This document shows positions 1 through 12,749 of a stretch of DNA of 64,000 bases, piece by piece. The stretch comes from Octopus vulgaris. Taxonomy: Eukaryota. Under the pieces are notes generated by a model. It was given only the letters and a program-made list of their open reading frames with translations. It did no database searches and was not told the origin of the DNA. Position 1 is the first letter of the stretch, and each line of letters starts with the position of its first letter. Location of the stretch: positions 106,454,001 to 106,518,000 of the forward strand of contig OX597819.1 in the NCBI GenBank assembly GCA_951406725.2. The letters run 5' to 3'. The position numbers were made by a program, and so were the translations under genes.

Positions 1-464
1 TGTATATGCTGACCTCAAAAATAACTTCACAAACCCTGTGTGGGTTGCAAATAGAACCATTGTTATTCCAACAAATGAAGCAGAACAATATGTGGATGGT
101 TTTCTGTTGACCAGGATCCCTGGTGAGCTAAATATATACAGAAGCTCAGATACAGTTGATAATGAAACTCTGCTTCCAATCGAGTTCATCAACAAACTTA
201 CACCATTAAGATTCCCATCACAAGTTCTCGAACTAAAGAAAAACCGATACATAATGCTTCTGAAAAATGTTGATGCTACTAATGGACATCATAGTCAGTT
301 TACATGATCATGTTATTGAGGCTGAGGTTAAAATCTTCTCACATTGTCAGCTGTATGTGGCATTATCTAGAGTTCGAAAGAAGGTTAATGTAAAAATATT
401 GGCTGAGAGAAATGGAAACAGTATGATTACTGACAATTCTGTCTACGAGGAGATACTACTTTAA
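1..464 (+). pseudogene. Helitron PIF1-type helicase C-terminal relic with internal deletion
   Basis: RTIVIPTNE...IPGELNIYRSSDTVD...PIEFINKLTP...IMLLKNVDATNGH is joined almost directly to FSHCQLYVALSRV...TDNSVYEEIL*. These match Helitron helicase motifs (P.EFLNSL.P, IMLLRNL...G.CNGT, FSHGQLYVALSRV, T.N.VY.E.L). Confidence 0.85.
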
Positions 465-689
465 AGTAAAATATACCTTTTAGCAAGTTTCAGTAAATGC
501 AATTAACGCATAAATTATATGTCAAGTAACATATGTTTATGTGGAATTAAATTGTTTTGGCATATTTCAACACATGCCGAATGAATGATATCTTTATATT
601 AGATCATCCTATACCTGGGTATATTTGAAAAAGTAAGGAAACGTCAAAAGAAGAAAAAAAACAATACAAGTCGGACCAGCTCACAGGAA

Positions 690-1420
690 AAGTATTGTAT
701 AGTGAGATCTCACAAGCCATTGGAAGGTATTAATCATGTCGAAAATTTGGCAGGTAGTACCGACAAGTTTATGACATCCCGCTTTGAAGACTATATCCAT
801 GCATTCCAATAACAAGAGATCTCCACGAAGAACCTACGGCATAAAATGTAGAAAACATTGACACACATCAAATGAAGGCTGTGCAAGTCCAAGACTGAAG
901 ATATCGACAACGTTATTGTCAACTGCGAGAGAATGCCGCCCAGATATTACGTTCCCATAAAGCATGATACATTGGCCAGAACGGTCTGGAAGAAGATAGC
1001 AAAATAGAGAATACCTACAAACGAGATGACTACATTGAAGGCGATGTGTCATTTTGAATTTTGGGTGAACTTCAAAATTAAAACAGCCATGAAGTTAAAA
1101 TACAACTGGCCAAATATCGTGGTGAGGGTACAAAAAACAATGTTTACTGTTGTGGAAATCAGCCTCCCTCTAGACACGAATTCAGTAAGAAAAATTCAAG
1201 AGGAAGCGGGGACATATGAAGCATTGTCAAGGAGTTTGCAAATCCAATACCCAAGATACAGTTTCAGCTACATACCAACTATTATCGGAACAAAAGTGTA
1301 CATACCAACCCGTATGAGACAAAGTATGGCTGAACTTGTCATATGGGTAGAGAATGCAAATCCTTAATTCATATACTATAAAAATCCCAAAGACATTAAG
1401 ATTTAAAGAATGATGGTTAA
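690..1420 (+). mobile_element. RLE-type non-LTR retrotransposon (R4/Dong/NeSL-like), 3' relic
   Basis: EDYIHAFQ*QEISTKNL, a decayed CCHC knuckle (*RLCKSKTEDIDNVIVNC), YYVPIKHD, then an RLE-like segment NWPNIVV...VEISLPLDTN..K..E...Y..L...IPTIIG. Confidence 0.75.
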
Positions 1421-1522
1421 AACAAGATAATTTCCTTCACAATCTTGCTACCAAATAGGTTACCCTGTCAAAATCTACTCTAATCTAAATTTAAAAAGAG
1501 AAAGAGTAGGATATACATAGTA

Positions 1523-1655
1523 TCATACATACATACATACATACATACATACATACATACATACATACATACATACATACATGCCTACATACATACATAC
1601 ATACATACATACATACATACATACATACATACATACATACATACATACATACACA
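1523..1655. repeat. (TACA)n microsatellite
   Basis: Directly visible. Confidence 0.95.
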
Positions 1656-2049
1656 CGTATGCAGGAGTGTGCGTGCATTGGCAGAATACCCGGCTGAAAT
1701 GTAGTTGCAAATGGTACAGAATTATTCTATAATAATAGCAGTTTATTAAATATTCTATTCGTAATCGTGCTCTGTTTTACTTTTCTCTTTGAAAGTCATC
1801 TTCCATGTAAGAAATGAAATCGTTTTCCATTACATCTATAGCCGTCTTGTGTCTACACATACATACTCAATATTTTAAGTATACAGAGAAATTTAATTGT
1901 GTAAATGATTTATAGCAAATTCAAGAAGACAAGATTAAGTAAAATAAAGAAGACATGATTAAATTAAAGCAATAGGATTAGGTGAAATCGTAAACAAATA
2001 TATTTTGTTTGAAATGAATAAAAGTAGATAACATTTATCTTGTTTTCTT

Positions 2050-2950
2050 GAAAGTCTTGAATCGTTAAAATAATTTGAAAAATGGGTAGTTATAAACGTT
2101 GAGAGATGAATCACCGATGTAGATGAAATATTTCTTATTACGTTTGGAGAGCAGGATACGTATAGGAAGCCATCACATTCAAACAATGGAACTGAAATAC
2201 ATGAATCAGTAAAGAATCGATATCAAAATTGATTTGGGTCCTAAGCGATGTATTATTAGACACATATGACTCCTCGGAATACTCAATACTCATGTCAGCA
2301 CCTCGGTATTCAGAATGCATTGGATGTTACCGAATATGTTACCACCGGTTGAGTATCCGGCAACATTGGTCATACACAAAGCAGTATTCTTCGAGATACT
2401 GTCCCAGTAAATCTAAATGATTTGCTTATGACTTTCGACTAACATATTAAAACTTACTCAAGCGTACCTAGAACGGAAGTTTTAGAATTCAAAGAGGCCA
2501 TCTATTGGCATGAGTGGAAAAGTAAATATAATTACAGCCTCATCTTTGGTGCACACAGTTACAATGTTATCCTCAATTCTATGTAGTACATATTTCTGAA
2601 AACTCAATAAAAGATTACCCTTAGAAGTACAGTGACTTCTTGTTATAGATATAGTCTCAGAATGCTTCGATATCTCTCTCTCTCTGAAAATATCTGCCAA
2701 TATATTATTGAATCTAGAGGGCTAGAGAGAAAGTGGATAAGTTTTTGAGCTTATTCCCAATGCCTTTGAGGATGAGAGCCGCAATGTAAGGTTCACCTAT
2801 ATATTCTATGTGTATACTTTGGTATGTCTTTTCTGTTTGGCGCTTGAAATCATTGTGATATCATTACGATATCGGGCCAAAGGCATACTGAAGCGTTTGA
2901 TGTGCAAATTAAGGTACAGGATGGTAAAAAGAACGCTATGATATTTGGAC
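2050..2950 (+). pseudogene. Possible decayed tandem PAN/Apple-like domain coding relic
   Basis: Across frameshifts: LSDVLLDTYD...GCYRIC...YSSRYC; VNIITASSL; FELIPNA...VCLFCLALE..ISLRY...MCKL. The spacing resembles PAN (C-x3-C ... S-x2-Y ... C-x-L). Confidence 0.3.
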
Positions 2951-4324
2951 CATTGAGTGAAAAAGACTCTTTGACATTGTTGCATGCGACTGGATATCAT
3001 GTTCCCTCAATATATGTGCAAAACATGCGTCTCTTAGCTGTTATAAACATAGTCATTGACTTCGAAGACTGAAGAGAATTTGGACCTGAAACGCCGTGGG
3101 AAAGAAGTCGTAGATTAAAGCATTCATGTTAACTTAGATGTACTTATCCACATTTCTAATGCACCTGCTGAAACCTATATAAGGCTTGTCATCGGCTGGG
3201 GCATTTTAGTTGTCCCTCTTCGTTGCTTATTATTCATATAATGTGTTACGATAACGCTTGTACAAAGTGATCATATGATATACATATTGAAAAGGGTGAT
3301 AAGCTTTGAATCATTTCCTTGTCTTATTTTCAGTTTAGCTGTTGTTATGGTGAAGTAAGTCGCTTGATTAACTTCGAATAAGATGCTGAATACTGGGCAT
3401 TCATTCATAATTTAGAATAGCACCACCAAACACCAGCAATGCAGTTGGAAATAAAATTGTTTTCTTTCGTCAGAACAACTATTGCAGCATCTTGAAGTAA
3501 TATATTCAAACATATTTAGTGGAATTTACTAGACTGCAGAATTCGACGTAAGTGTATCTATTATATATATTCGTGACATATGGGCAGAAGAATGAAGTTT
3601 TTATCCATTATCAGTTTCATGCTGTCACAAACAACGGCCGGAAACTTCAATCTGCTCTTGCAGTTTTTCAGTAAGAGAGACAGTCACCTTCAGCCTTTTG
3701 AGTCTGTTTCACAAATGCCGTTAGAAATCATTCAATGCTACTTTTGCCTTCTGTGTAACTAGCATTACTGTTGAGAAAGAAAACAGGGAACATGAAGAAT
3801 CTGGACATAATAAACATGGTGGAGTGATTTTCTCTTCCAGGCTTCAGATGAATTGTGATATGAAGCAATACATTTGATTGCAGTGAATCTCCTTTCCTCA
3901 TTCATGTACACCTAAGTCACAACTTCATTTTCTCCTTTCATTATGCATATGTGACACCTGACCAGTTGAAATATTTAGCATTTACCAATAAAATCCTTTA
4001 CCTTCTTCAGGTTTACGTGGGAAAACTGAGATTTGACGTCACACATTGAATTTGGTTTCCAAGAATCTCCTCTTGAAATACTTTCCAGTTGGAGAGGTAT
4101 ATAAGAAATGAGAAATTCTGCGTGACCGAAAGGGCATGTGTACCAATGAATTTCATGTTCGCTCGTGCGTTAACGAAGGCTAGTAGGAAAACTGGAGCAA
4201 TAATTGATAAGAAAAGAAAATAACGAATAAAATGGACTTTTTCAGTATCTCAAATTCTCAGTCTCTTACAAAGTTTTTCATAGCACAAAATACATGGATA
4301 TACGTACATGCACAAATCATAATC

Positions 4325-4952
4325 ATAATATATACACACACATATATAATACACACACACACACATACATACATTTATACATAATTACCCACATACATAT
4401 ATACATATATATTTATACATATATAAATATACATATATATACATATATGCATATATATATATATATATATATACATACATACATACATACATATATATAT
4501 ATACATTCACACACACGCACATACACTCACATATATACACACTCACACATACAAGTATGTATGTATATATTATTTCCAAGTGTTCCAATATAAATTACAA
4601 ATATTCGATATTTTCGAGAGGGCTAATCCAAGTGGTCTACTTCACTTTTGCTAGAGAGAGCGTGATTCTCTGGTCCGTGTGATCGGGCGCGGTTCTGGCT
4701 GTTGTATCATGTGGGAAAGTATGTAATTTTGCTCATGAACGGGCTGATGTATATGTATGTGGTTTTTGTATTCTCACCTTGCATGCAATCTCCCTCGATC
4801 GCCCTAATTTTACTTAGCTTAGGCGTTTAAAAAGAGGTGTGTGTGTGTGCGTACTATACTTATACTCGTCTTTAAAATCAGGAATATATGTAATTTTGTG
4901 TGTGTGTATGTGTGTGTATACATATATATAAACAAACAAGCACACACAAAAT

Positions 4953-4991
<39 letters not shown>

Positions 4992-5071
4992 CATATAAAC
5001 ACACACACACAATTACTATATATATATATATATATATATACTGTGTATCTGTATATATATGTATGTAAATA

Positions 5072-5130
<59 letters not shown>
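4325..5130. repeat. Compound (TA)n/(CA)n/(TACA)n microsatellite clusters
   Basis: Directly visible at about 4325-4570 and 4835-5130; source of the YIYI/HTHT ORFs. Confidence 0.9.
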
Positions 5131-5131
<1 letters not shown>

Positions 5132-5134
<3 letters not shown>

Positions 5135-5296
5135 CTTTACTACCCACAATGGGCTAAACAAGGACAGACAAACAGATAAAGTCGATTACATGGACCCCAG
5201 TGCGTAACTGGTACTTAATTTATCGACCCCGAAAGGATGAAAGGTAAAGTTGACCTCGGCGGAATTTGAATTCAGAACGTAGCGGCAGACGAAATA
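5132..5296 (-). mobile_element. tRNA-derived SINE family A (Meta-like central domain), 5'-truncated
   Basis: Reverse complement of the copy at 20036 (TTTCGTCTGCCGCTACGTTCTGA.TTCAAATTCCGCCGAGGTC.ACTTT.CCTTTCATCCTTTCGGGGTCGATAAATTAAGTACCAG). Confidence 0.9.
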
Positions 5297-5544
5297 AAAA
5301 CATACACACATATATATATATAATTTCATGCGTGCCTGTGCGATGACGTAGCAGATGTGCTACCAGAAATTCTATTGATGTCTGACATTTAATCTTCACT
5401 TATCGAATTTTATTTCAATTCCTATCTCATACTTTGCCTGTCTGTTCTCTTTTAGATTCCTCGTATCTTCATATATGTGTTTTGTATATACATGCATCCT
5501 CATACACATGCACGTATATATATATATATATATACATATATATG

Positions 5545-5738
5545 TTTCTTTATTACCCACAAGGGGCTAAACATAGCGGGGACAAATAATGACAGACAAA
5601 CGGATTAAGTCGATTACATCGACTCCAGTGCGTACCTGGTACTTATTTAATCGACCCCGAAAGGATGAAGGGCAAAGTTGACCTCGGCGGAATTTGAACT
5701 CAGAACGTAACGACGTGCTAACGATTCTGCCAGCTTGC

Positions 5739-5742
<4 letters not shown>
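5545..5742 (-). mobile_element. SINE family A copy with short internal deletion
   Basis: Head GGCGGCAAGCTGGCAGAATCGTTAGCACG, B box GAGTTCAAATTCC and the same central domain and tail as the 20036 copy. Confidence 0.9.
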
Positions 5743-5816
<74 letters not shown>

Positions 5817-6049
5817 TATGTATATACATATATATATACGTACATACGTACATACATACATTCATATATGTATGTATATATGCATGTATAGTGGTGTGTA
5901 TCTGCCTTGTGTGTGTGTGTGAGCGTGTCTACGTATGCACGCCTATGTGTCCTCGTATGCAAAACATCATTTTTGCTCATTCTTATGTAAATCTGTATAT
6001 ATGAATAGAGTCTTACTTAATTCAATGTTCTCTCTTTACTTTCCTTTAG

Positions 6050-6116
6050 ATTCTGATATTTTATTGTATTTCAACAATATGTTTTACGGGGACTTCAAAG
6101 TGTGTGTGTATTACAA
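6050..6116 (+). CDS. Candidate internal exon (hydrophobic, signal-peptide-like ILIFYCISTICFTGTSKCVCIT)
   Basis: Strong acceptor TCTCTTTACTTTCCTTTAG and consensus donor CAA|GTAAGT; 67 nt, open as phase 0 in / phase 1 out. Confidence 0.4.
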
Positions 6117-6907
6117 GTAAGTAAACCAAAAGATCGAATTCGCTGTTAGCCTGTAAACATATTCATATATTTTTTAATATTTTATAATTAGTTAAATGTT
6201 ATATATATACATATATATACGTCCTCGCGTTGTTGTGTTTTTTATGCTTTCTTGTTTGGATTAACTTTATATATATATATATGTATGTATACACGCACAC
6301 AGAGGAGACGGAGAAATAGAATGAGGGAGATGAGAGAGAGAGAGTTCTGTCTTTTTGTTGACGTATTACATATACAATACACACACATATACACGTGCAT
6401 ATAAACCTTTTATATACACACATACACACACACATATAGACAGACTACTCAACTAAAAAGCCTTAAAGCAGATGCACTAGAAATGTCGAAGTCTACTTAT
6501 TGAAACGAATAAAAGAGTAACAGACCATAAAATAACTAAGATCGTGGTATTTTCTCACTACTATAACTATGAGAATGTGACAGTCGCATAATTCAGTTCC
6601 TTGGCATTCGACACTCTATGCACAGACGACATTTTAGATTGAGATATAAAGCTTTTAACTAAAACGAAACTCGCTGCATTTCTTATAACTTTTTAAACTT
6701 TACCATTAATCAAACTAGTATTAAAATCAATAGTGTCATAAAATAGTAAAATAGTTATTCTATTCATCTTAATGTAGATGATGTCATCTTCAACTGTTAT
6801 GTTTTCTTGTCATATATAATACTGTATATATCTTTATACTCGTGTTCTTTTCTTAATCACATTTATTATCAATATTTAAAATTTAGGGAATGTATATATA
6901 TATCTAA

Positions 6908-7245
6908 TTACCTCCGTCTTAGCGAAGGTATTGTTTTCAGTCGTGTTTGTTTGACAAGATGTCTCAGGAACCGCTGGGTGGATTCGGATGACACTTTGAG
7001 AGATGCTTGGCCTCGTGACTGGCACGAACTGATTAGATTTCGGAATTGCTCCGGTGCCGGACAAGGAATCTGGATTATTTTTCCGTTTTTTAACTTAATT
7101 TTTGAGAGCGGTCGGGTTCATTTTTAGTATTCTCGTTTGTGATAGCAGTTGAGTTAATATCAGATAATCGCATTTTAAAAATCATCTCTGGCTAACCGTT
7201 GAAAGGACGTTGGTGGAGGTTTGCGCTCTCTGGGTGCTATTGTTA
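6908..7245 (+). mobile_element. Helentron-associated non-autonomous element (HINE/DINE-1-like)
   Basis: 5' TTACCTCCG...GGTATTGTTTTC, GGATTCGGATGA.ACTT core, 3' subterminal inverted repeat TTGGTGGAGGT followed by hairpin GCGCTCTCTGGGTGC. Confidence 0.75.
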
Positions 7246-7751
7246 TTATTTAAACTTATATAAACTTACATAATTATTAATTAAAAGAAAATGGAATTTT
7301 TAAAATCGTTTAATCATGAGACAAGGCAGTGCCTCCGACACTCATTGGAGGAGGAAAGGAAGGTTTCTTTAACACGAAGGCCAAAGTTGGATACTTGTAA
7401 CTGTGTGACTTCGTTAAAGTCACACAATGTTGCAGGTAGTGATGTTTTTAACATACTAGACGGGTAAAGGCAACTATTTAGGCATTACGGGGATTTGAAT
7501 TCAAGCACAAATAGCAGAATGCATCCAATCTGACGTTAATACAATTTTGCCAATCCAAAAACCAGGATTGGCATATTTTTTATCGAACCTGCAAGATGAA
7601 AATCATGTTTGGGCTTGGTGGGATTCGATCTAGGGGGTCAGAGATTCGGAAGAAACGTTTATGTTATTTCACATCAAACGACTATGCTAATTTGCTGATT
7701 AAGAAATTCACTTCGAAAACTAAAGTATTCATGAGGCCGATTGTTCTACCC

Positions 7752-9720
7752 CAGAGATGTCCACCCAACCAGCGACCCGCTTAATATTTTCATGCTGTCC
7801 GCTGTGTAATTTCCTTGTTACATTTTCATTTACTTTGATAATGTATGATAATAAAAATTATTCTCAGAATGTGCTATTTTGAAGGGACCAATGAAAACCT
7901 CAAAATGAGGGAGGCAATGGAGTTTAGGACGTAGAATGGATGACTCTATGATGTAGATTCAGCCATTCTGTTGGTGCATAATTAACAGCCATTGTTTCAG
8001 TTTCAAATCTTTTGCGGTCGGATCAATATTGATTGAGTTATTTCCTAACATTGTTTACAATTCCAAATGATAGGGACTTCACTGTTACTTCAGTTTTGGC
8101 TACACCTAATGCTAATGCTTTATGCGAAAGAGCCTATTTATTCTTTATTCGTTTCTGATTTCTGGAATATTATCAGCATGATCACGTAATGATTTTAATT
8201 GTTAATTTTAATAGCCCATTATTTGGTCATGGCATCTGAAGAGAAAAATAACAGAAGAAAAGAGAAAATGCAAAATCCTATGGGCAGAAAACTGTTTCGT
8301 AATTGAAACATATAATAATATAATCTGCCTCATATGTAATGATAAGATTGCTGTATGCAAGGAATATAATATTAAGCGTCATTATGCTGACAAACATGAA
8401 TCGCAATATAATGAATTAAACAGAGAAAGAAGGAAAATGAAAATACATGAATTGAAGAAGTAGAAGCTTTGTTCACAACAAAACAATTTCAAAAAACATG
8501 TTGGGAAAAATGGTACAAGTACAAATGTTAGTTATTTAATAGCTGAAAAATTGGCTCAGATGAGTAAGCTAATGATAGATGGCGAATTCATAAAAGAATG
8601 TATTGTAATTGCTTTTAATGAATATTGTCCCGGGAAGGTGAACTTATTCAAAGAAACAAGTCTGTGTTATTTTCTAGCTATACTTTCATTTGCATTGATA
8701 ATGTGTGATAATAAAATTATTCTCAGAGTGCGCTATTTTGAACGGACCAATGAAAACTTCAACAGAATTGATGACTTCGCTGACAGTATTGTGGGGACAT
8801 TGTAGACTCATTTATCTAAATGTGTTCATTACAGTTTAGCATTGGTGGAAAGTACTGATCAAAGTGGCACTGCACACTTGGTTATTTTCATCAGAGGAAT
8901 TGACTTCAATGTTAATATCATTGAAGAAATATTGGACGTGTGTCGTATGAAGTGTATAACAACTGGCAGGGACATAATTGAGTATGTTAATTTATCATTA
9001 GAAAAGTTCAATGCTGATAGATATAAAATGAATTCGATTACAACTGATGGAGCTCCTGCATTAACTGGTAAGAATAATGGGTTAATTACTTTATTGAAAG
9101 AAATGGTTGACCATGATATACTTCGCCTTCATTGCTTGATTTATCATCAGCAATTATGTGCTGAAAAATTGAATATGAAACAGTTGATGACAGATATTGT
9201 GAGCGTTGTTAATTTTATCAGATCTCGGGGTTTGAACCATCGTACATTCAAAGCATACATCGTAGAAGCTGACAGTGAGTATAAAGACGTTATTTATTTC
9301 TCAAAAGTGAGATGGCTCAGTCAAGAAGCAACTTTGAATAGATCTTAATTATTGTTGGCTGAAATAACAAAGTTCATGCAAAGCAAATAGCAAAATGTAG
9401 ATTTGTTTTAGCAAACGAGGAATAGTCGAATGATCTGTCCTTAGTATATACCACTGAAATTTTAGCTGAACTTAATTTGCCTTTACAAGGAAAAGACCAG
9501 TTATGTTGTTCAATATTTGAGCATATAACAAGTTTTACTAAAAAATTAGGACTTTTCCTAATACATTTGAAGGATGGAGAAATTGTACATTTTCATAATT
9601 TATCGAAAAGACAAGAAGAATACGTTACATTATGTGATGCTTTGTTAGATTTTACGACCATATTTTCTATCTTCAGAAAAATAGAAATTGAACTAAAATT
9701 GTTGAGCGAGCCATTTTCAT
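7752..9720 (+). mobile_element. hAT (Charlie/SPIN/GTF2IRD2-type) DNA transposon with decayed transposase, 3'-truncated
   Basis: Degenerate 5' TIR CAGAGATGTCC...GCGACCCGC at 7752; BED-like CLIC...KEYNIKRHY..KH (8320-8400); DGEFIKEC; ESTD...LVIFIRG; TTDGAPA; HCLIYHQQLC; VNFIRSRGLNHR; VRWLS; LNLPLQGK. Several stops are present. Confidence 0.92.
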
Positions 9721-9990
9721 TTTATTTATGTACCTACCCTCTTCTATTTCTTCTCTCCGACTCACACTCTTGCCATTTTCGCAACTTTACGCAACCGAAG
9801 GGTGGGTACCTTTCAGTAAACTCACTTGAGGGCTGCACTTCCCTCTCCACTCTCAATTTCTTTTTCGAGTGGAACTTGCAAATATCAATGAGAGCTCTAC
9901 CAAAGAGGAATGTATCTGTCCTCATGCCTTTCAGCCTTTTCAACCAAACAACCTCTTTCGCCACAACCACCAGGCAAGGGAAAACTGCTT

Positions 9991-10080
9991 TAATAATAAT
10001 AATGATAATAATAAAAATAATAATAAGAATAAGAAGAAGAAGAAAAAGAAAAGGAGGAGGAAGCAAAAGAAGAAGAAGGA
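9991..10080. repeat. (TAA)n/(GAA)n microsatellite
   Basis: Directly visible. Confidence 0.85.
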
Positions 10081-10239
10081 AGATCGCTAGCCTTGATGTG
10101 TTCTTCTCTACTTTGTTCAGTGAGCAGCTGAAGCCACAGAAGTACTAATACAACCCAGCAACTGAAACTCTCAAAAACTGGAACAATTTCCTACGACTAT
10201 TTTGAATTTCCCTCAAGGTAAGTTTAAAAACTTGCATAT

Positions 10240-10680
10240 CTACAGTTTTCTCTGGACGAACACATAAGCGATCATGTTTAAAGACTTTAAAACTTCAATA
10301 TCTACAATTTCTGTGAATATCTATCTTTTCTGCCTGAGTATTCGAAAATGTAAACATTCCTTTTATAGCAAGAAAACTTTGTCTCTCTGTTCGGACATAC
10401 AAACAGTCATCTTTAGAAAATTAAAACACTTTAATTTCTTTAATTTTCTATGAACATTTTATCCTTCTTTACTTTCCATTCCTTTCTGCCTGAGTATACG
10501 AAAATGTAAACATCCTATTTATTGCAAGAACACTGCAGTTTTCTCTGTTCGGATATACAAACGATCATCTTTAGAAAATTTAAAATGTATTAATATCTAC
10601 AATTTTCTGTGAAACTTTTACTCTTCTTTACTCACTGACTTTTGGAATATGTAAACATACCTTTTATTGCAACAACACAG
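10240..10680. repeat. Diverged tandem repeat, about 150-bp unit, about 3 copies
   Basis: The anchor ATGTAAACAT..C.TTTTAT.GCAA recurs near 10348, 10504 and 10649; ATCATCTTTAGAAAATT-like and ATCTACAATTT motifs also recur. Confidence 0.8.
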
Positions 10681-10830
10681 TTAAACGCACGATAGAAATT
10701 AAGAAGATAAGCATCTGCTAATATATATAAAAAAAAAAACAGCACAATTACGAAAACCCTAAACCACAATAAAACTTTTAAAAAGAAAAGAAATTAAAAA
10801 AAATTACAAAATTAAAGATTCCAATCGGTA

Positions 10831-11046
10831 TACTCTTTACTCTTTTACTTGTTTCAGTCATTTGACTGCGACCATGCTGGAGCACCGCCTTTAGTCGAGC
10901 AAATCGACCCCGGGACTTATTCTTTATAAGCCCAGTACTTATTCTATCGGTCTCTTTTGCCGAACCGCTAACTGACGGGGACATAAACACACCAGCATCG
11001 ATTGTCAAGCAATGCTAGAGGGACCAACACAGATACACAAACATAT

Positions 11047-11104
<58 letters not shown>

Positions 11105-11267
11105 GGCAGGCTTCATTCAGTTTCCGTCTACCAAATCCACTCACAAGGCTTTGGTCGGCCCGAGGCTATAGCAGAAGACACTCGCCCAAGTTGCCACGCA
11201 GTGGGACTGAACCCGTAACCATGTGGTTGGTAAGCAAGCTACTTACCACACAGCCACTCCTGCGCCT
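10831..11267 (-). mobile_element. tRNA-derived SINE family B (CORE-like), full length, with internal (CA)/(TA) microsatellite
   Basis: Minus-strand head AGGCGCAGGAGTGGCTGTGTGGTAAG (A box), GGTTCAGTCCC (B box), CTTGGGC.AGTGTCTTC CORE-like motif and (AAGAGTA)n tail; closely similar to 36886-37337. Confidence 0.92.
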
Positions 11268-11879
11268 ATAAATGTATATATACATTTTTTCTATGAGTAA
11301 TTAAAAACAGAACAAAGTGAATTGATTCTTCCAAGGCAAAGGTCAGCGCTCTTATTGATCGCTAGTAGTAGTAAACATTTTCGACCTGTTGTGACCGTAA
11401 AAGTGTGACGCTTCTTTTGTCTCCTAATGGCACAGGAATGCGAAGACCCATTGTTGATCTCCTTCTCACCATCTACCGAACCTGTTTAAAAGACCAGTGG
11501 AGTTTGGCCTATTCACCAAGCTGCTTAACTTTCCTCCTACTATCCCCCCAACCCTCACATTTATGATTATCTCAATTTCAAGACTAAAGTCGAAACTAAA
11601 CAACAATTTTATAATACCACATAGTAGCCTGAGCAAAGAGTGCAGATTTAACTACATAACGGTTACACTGTCGCCATGGCGACAAAGGGTGGCCACAACG
11701 GTAGAGTTCAAAGCACTATTGGCGGTAACTGAGGATGAGCGATGCCGTAATGGCGAGATTAAAGTAACTGTAAAAGTGTTAATGGCAGAGTTGGCAATAG
11801 TGGCAGAGACAACAACTGCCCCTACATCTGTCATACAGAGCTTAATATTTATAATTTTAATATAGCACAAATGTCTTAC

Positions 11880-12550
11880 GAAACAAAAAGGAAAACTACA
11901 ACAGTACATCAAATCGCTTGTCCTATGGTTATTCTGGAAGGGTGTCCCTCAGGAGAGAGCCTGCCTGGGTTCGAAAAAAGTTATCCACCGGCACAAACTG
12001 TTCTCTGAATACGAGACCAGATGGTCAGTTGAACGGGAACTGCCCCAAATCGAACCCTCTATGTCCACCACACCCACCGCTAAAGGAAAAATATAAGACG
12101 GTCAAATGGACCCGAAAAGAGTATAAAGAAGTAATATACGCAAATTTCTATGCAGAATATATTTGGATGAAAACTAGTCAGAAATAAATGTCTCACAGAT
12201 TGTAAAATAACGAAGATCAAGCACGCAGCGAAAATGACCTAAATATAAGGCAGAAAGAAAATTGAGAACCAGACGAAGAGAGCAACTATCCACTAGTCTC
12301 ATTTGAAATACTGCCATCTGACCTGAACACTCAAACGTCTGAATAATTAAATTGTAATGAACCTGATAAAGATAGCGAGGAAAATGGTAAAGAAAAAATA
12401 TTTGAAGACTACGCATTTACTGACGACCATAGAGAATTTAAGATAGAAATGAAGAAGAAAATCCAGAATAAGCTTGCAGTCGTAAGACACGCAAATGTGC
12501 ATAATAGAGAACAACTTCATAAACTCTCGAAAACAATAGAACAGTAGCAA
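11880..12550 (+). mobile_element. RLE-type (R4/Dong-like) LINE, 5' ORF relic
   Basis: KWTRKEYKEVIYA.FYA motif, similar to KRIKWIREAYRGVLKAF at 50910; many stops downstream. Confidence 0.55.
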
Positions 12551-12749
12551 TATATATATATATAGGATGTGGTGAATATATTGTCGTCTAAACTAAACTA
12601 ACAAAAAATGAAGATAATATTGGTATCTAACTTTCTCAGATATATTTTACGTGTTTAGTCTTTAATATATTTTCTGTCGGTCAAACTGGCACAATATTTA
12701 GAGAGAATTTGTTTTTGTATGACTATATTTTATCGCAGAATGCTCTGTG

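Noticed and set aside
3060-3105. CTGAAGAG...GAAACGCCGT hammerhead-like motif
   Set aside because: Stems I and II do not pair convincingly; at best a dead relic.
3700-4170. Minus-strand Helitron Rep/Hel linker-like words (PEEGKGFYW*ML)
   Set aside because: Too degenerate to support by eye.
4294-6435. Many ORFs rich in YI/HT/CV (also near 27000, 35300-36650 and 61780-62530)
   Set aside because: They are translations of dinucleotide and tetranucleotide microsatellites, not genes.
9477-10148. 223-aa ORF as a real protein
   Set aside because: It is a chimera of hAT transposase, an unrelated fragment and TAA/GAA microsatellite.
12564-12745. Possible Tc1/mariner 5' TIR fragment; similar faint transposon-like traces at 51200-51320, 55160-55215 and 63000-63460
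   Set aside because: Only isolated motifs, with no second TIR or extended homology visible.
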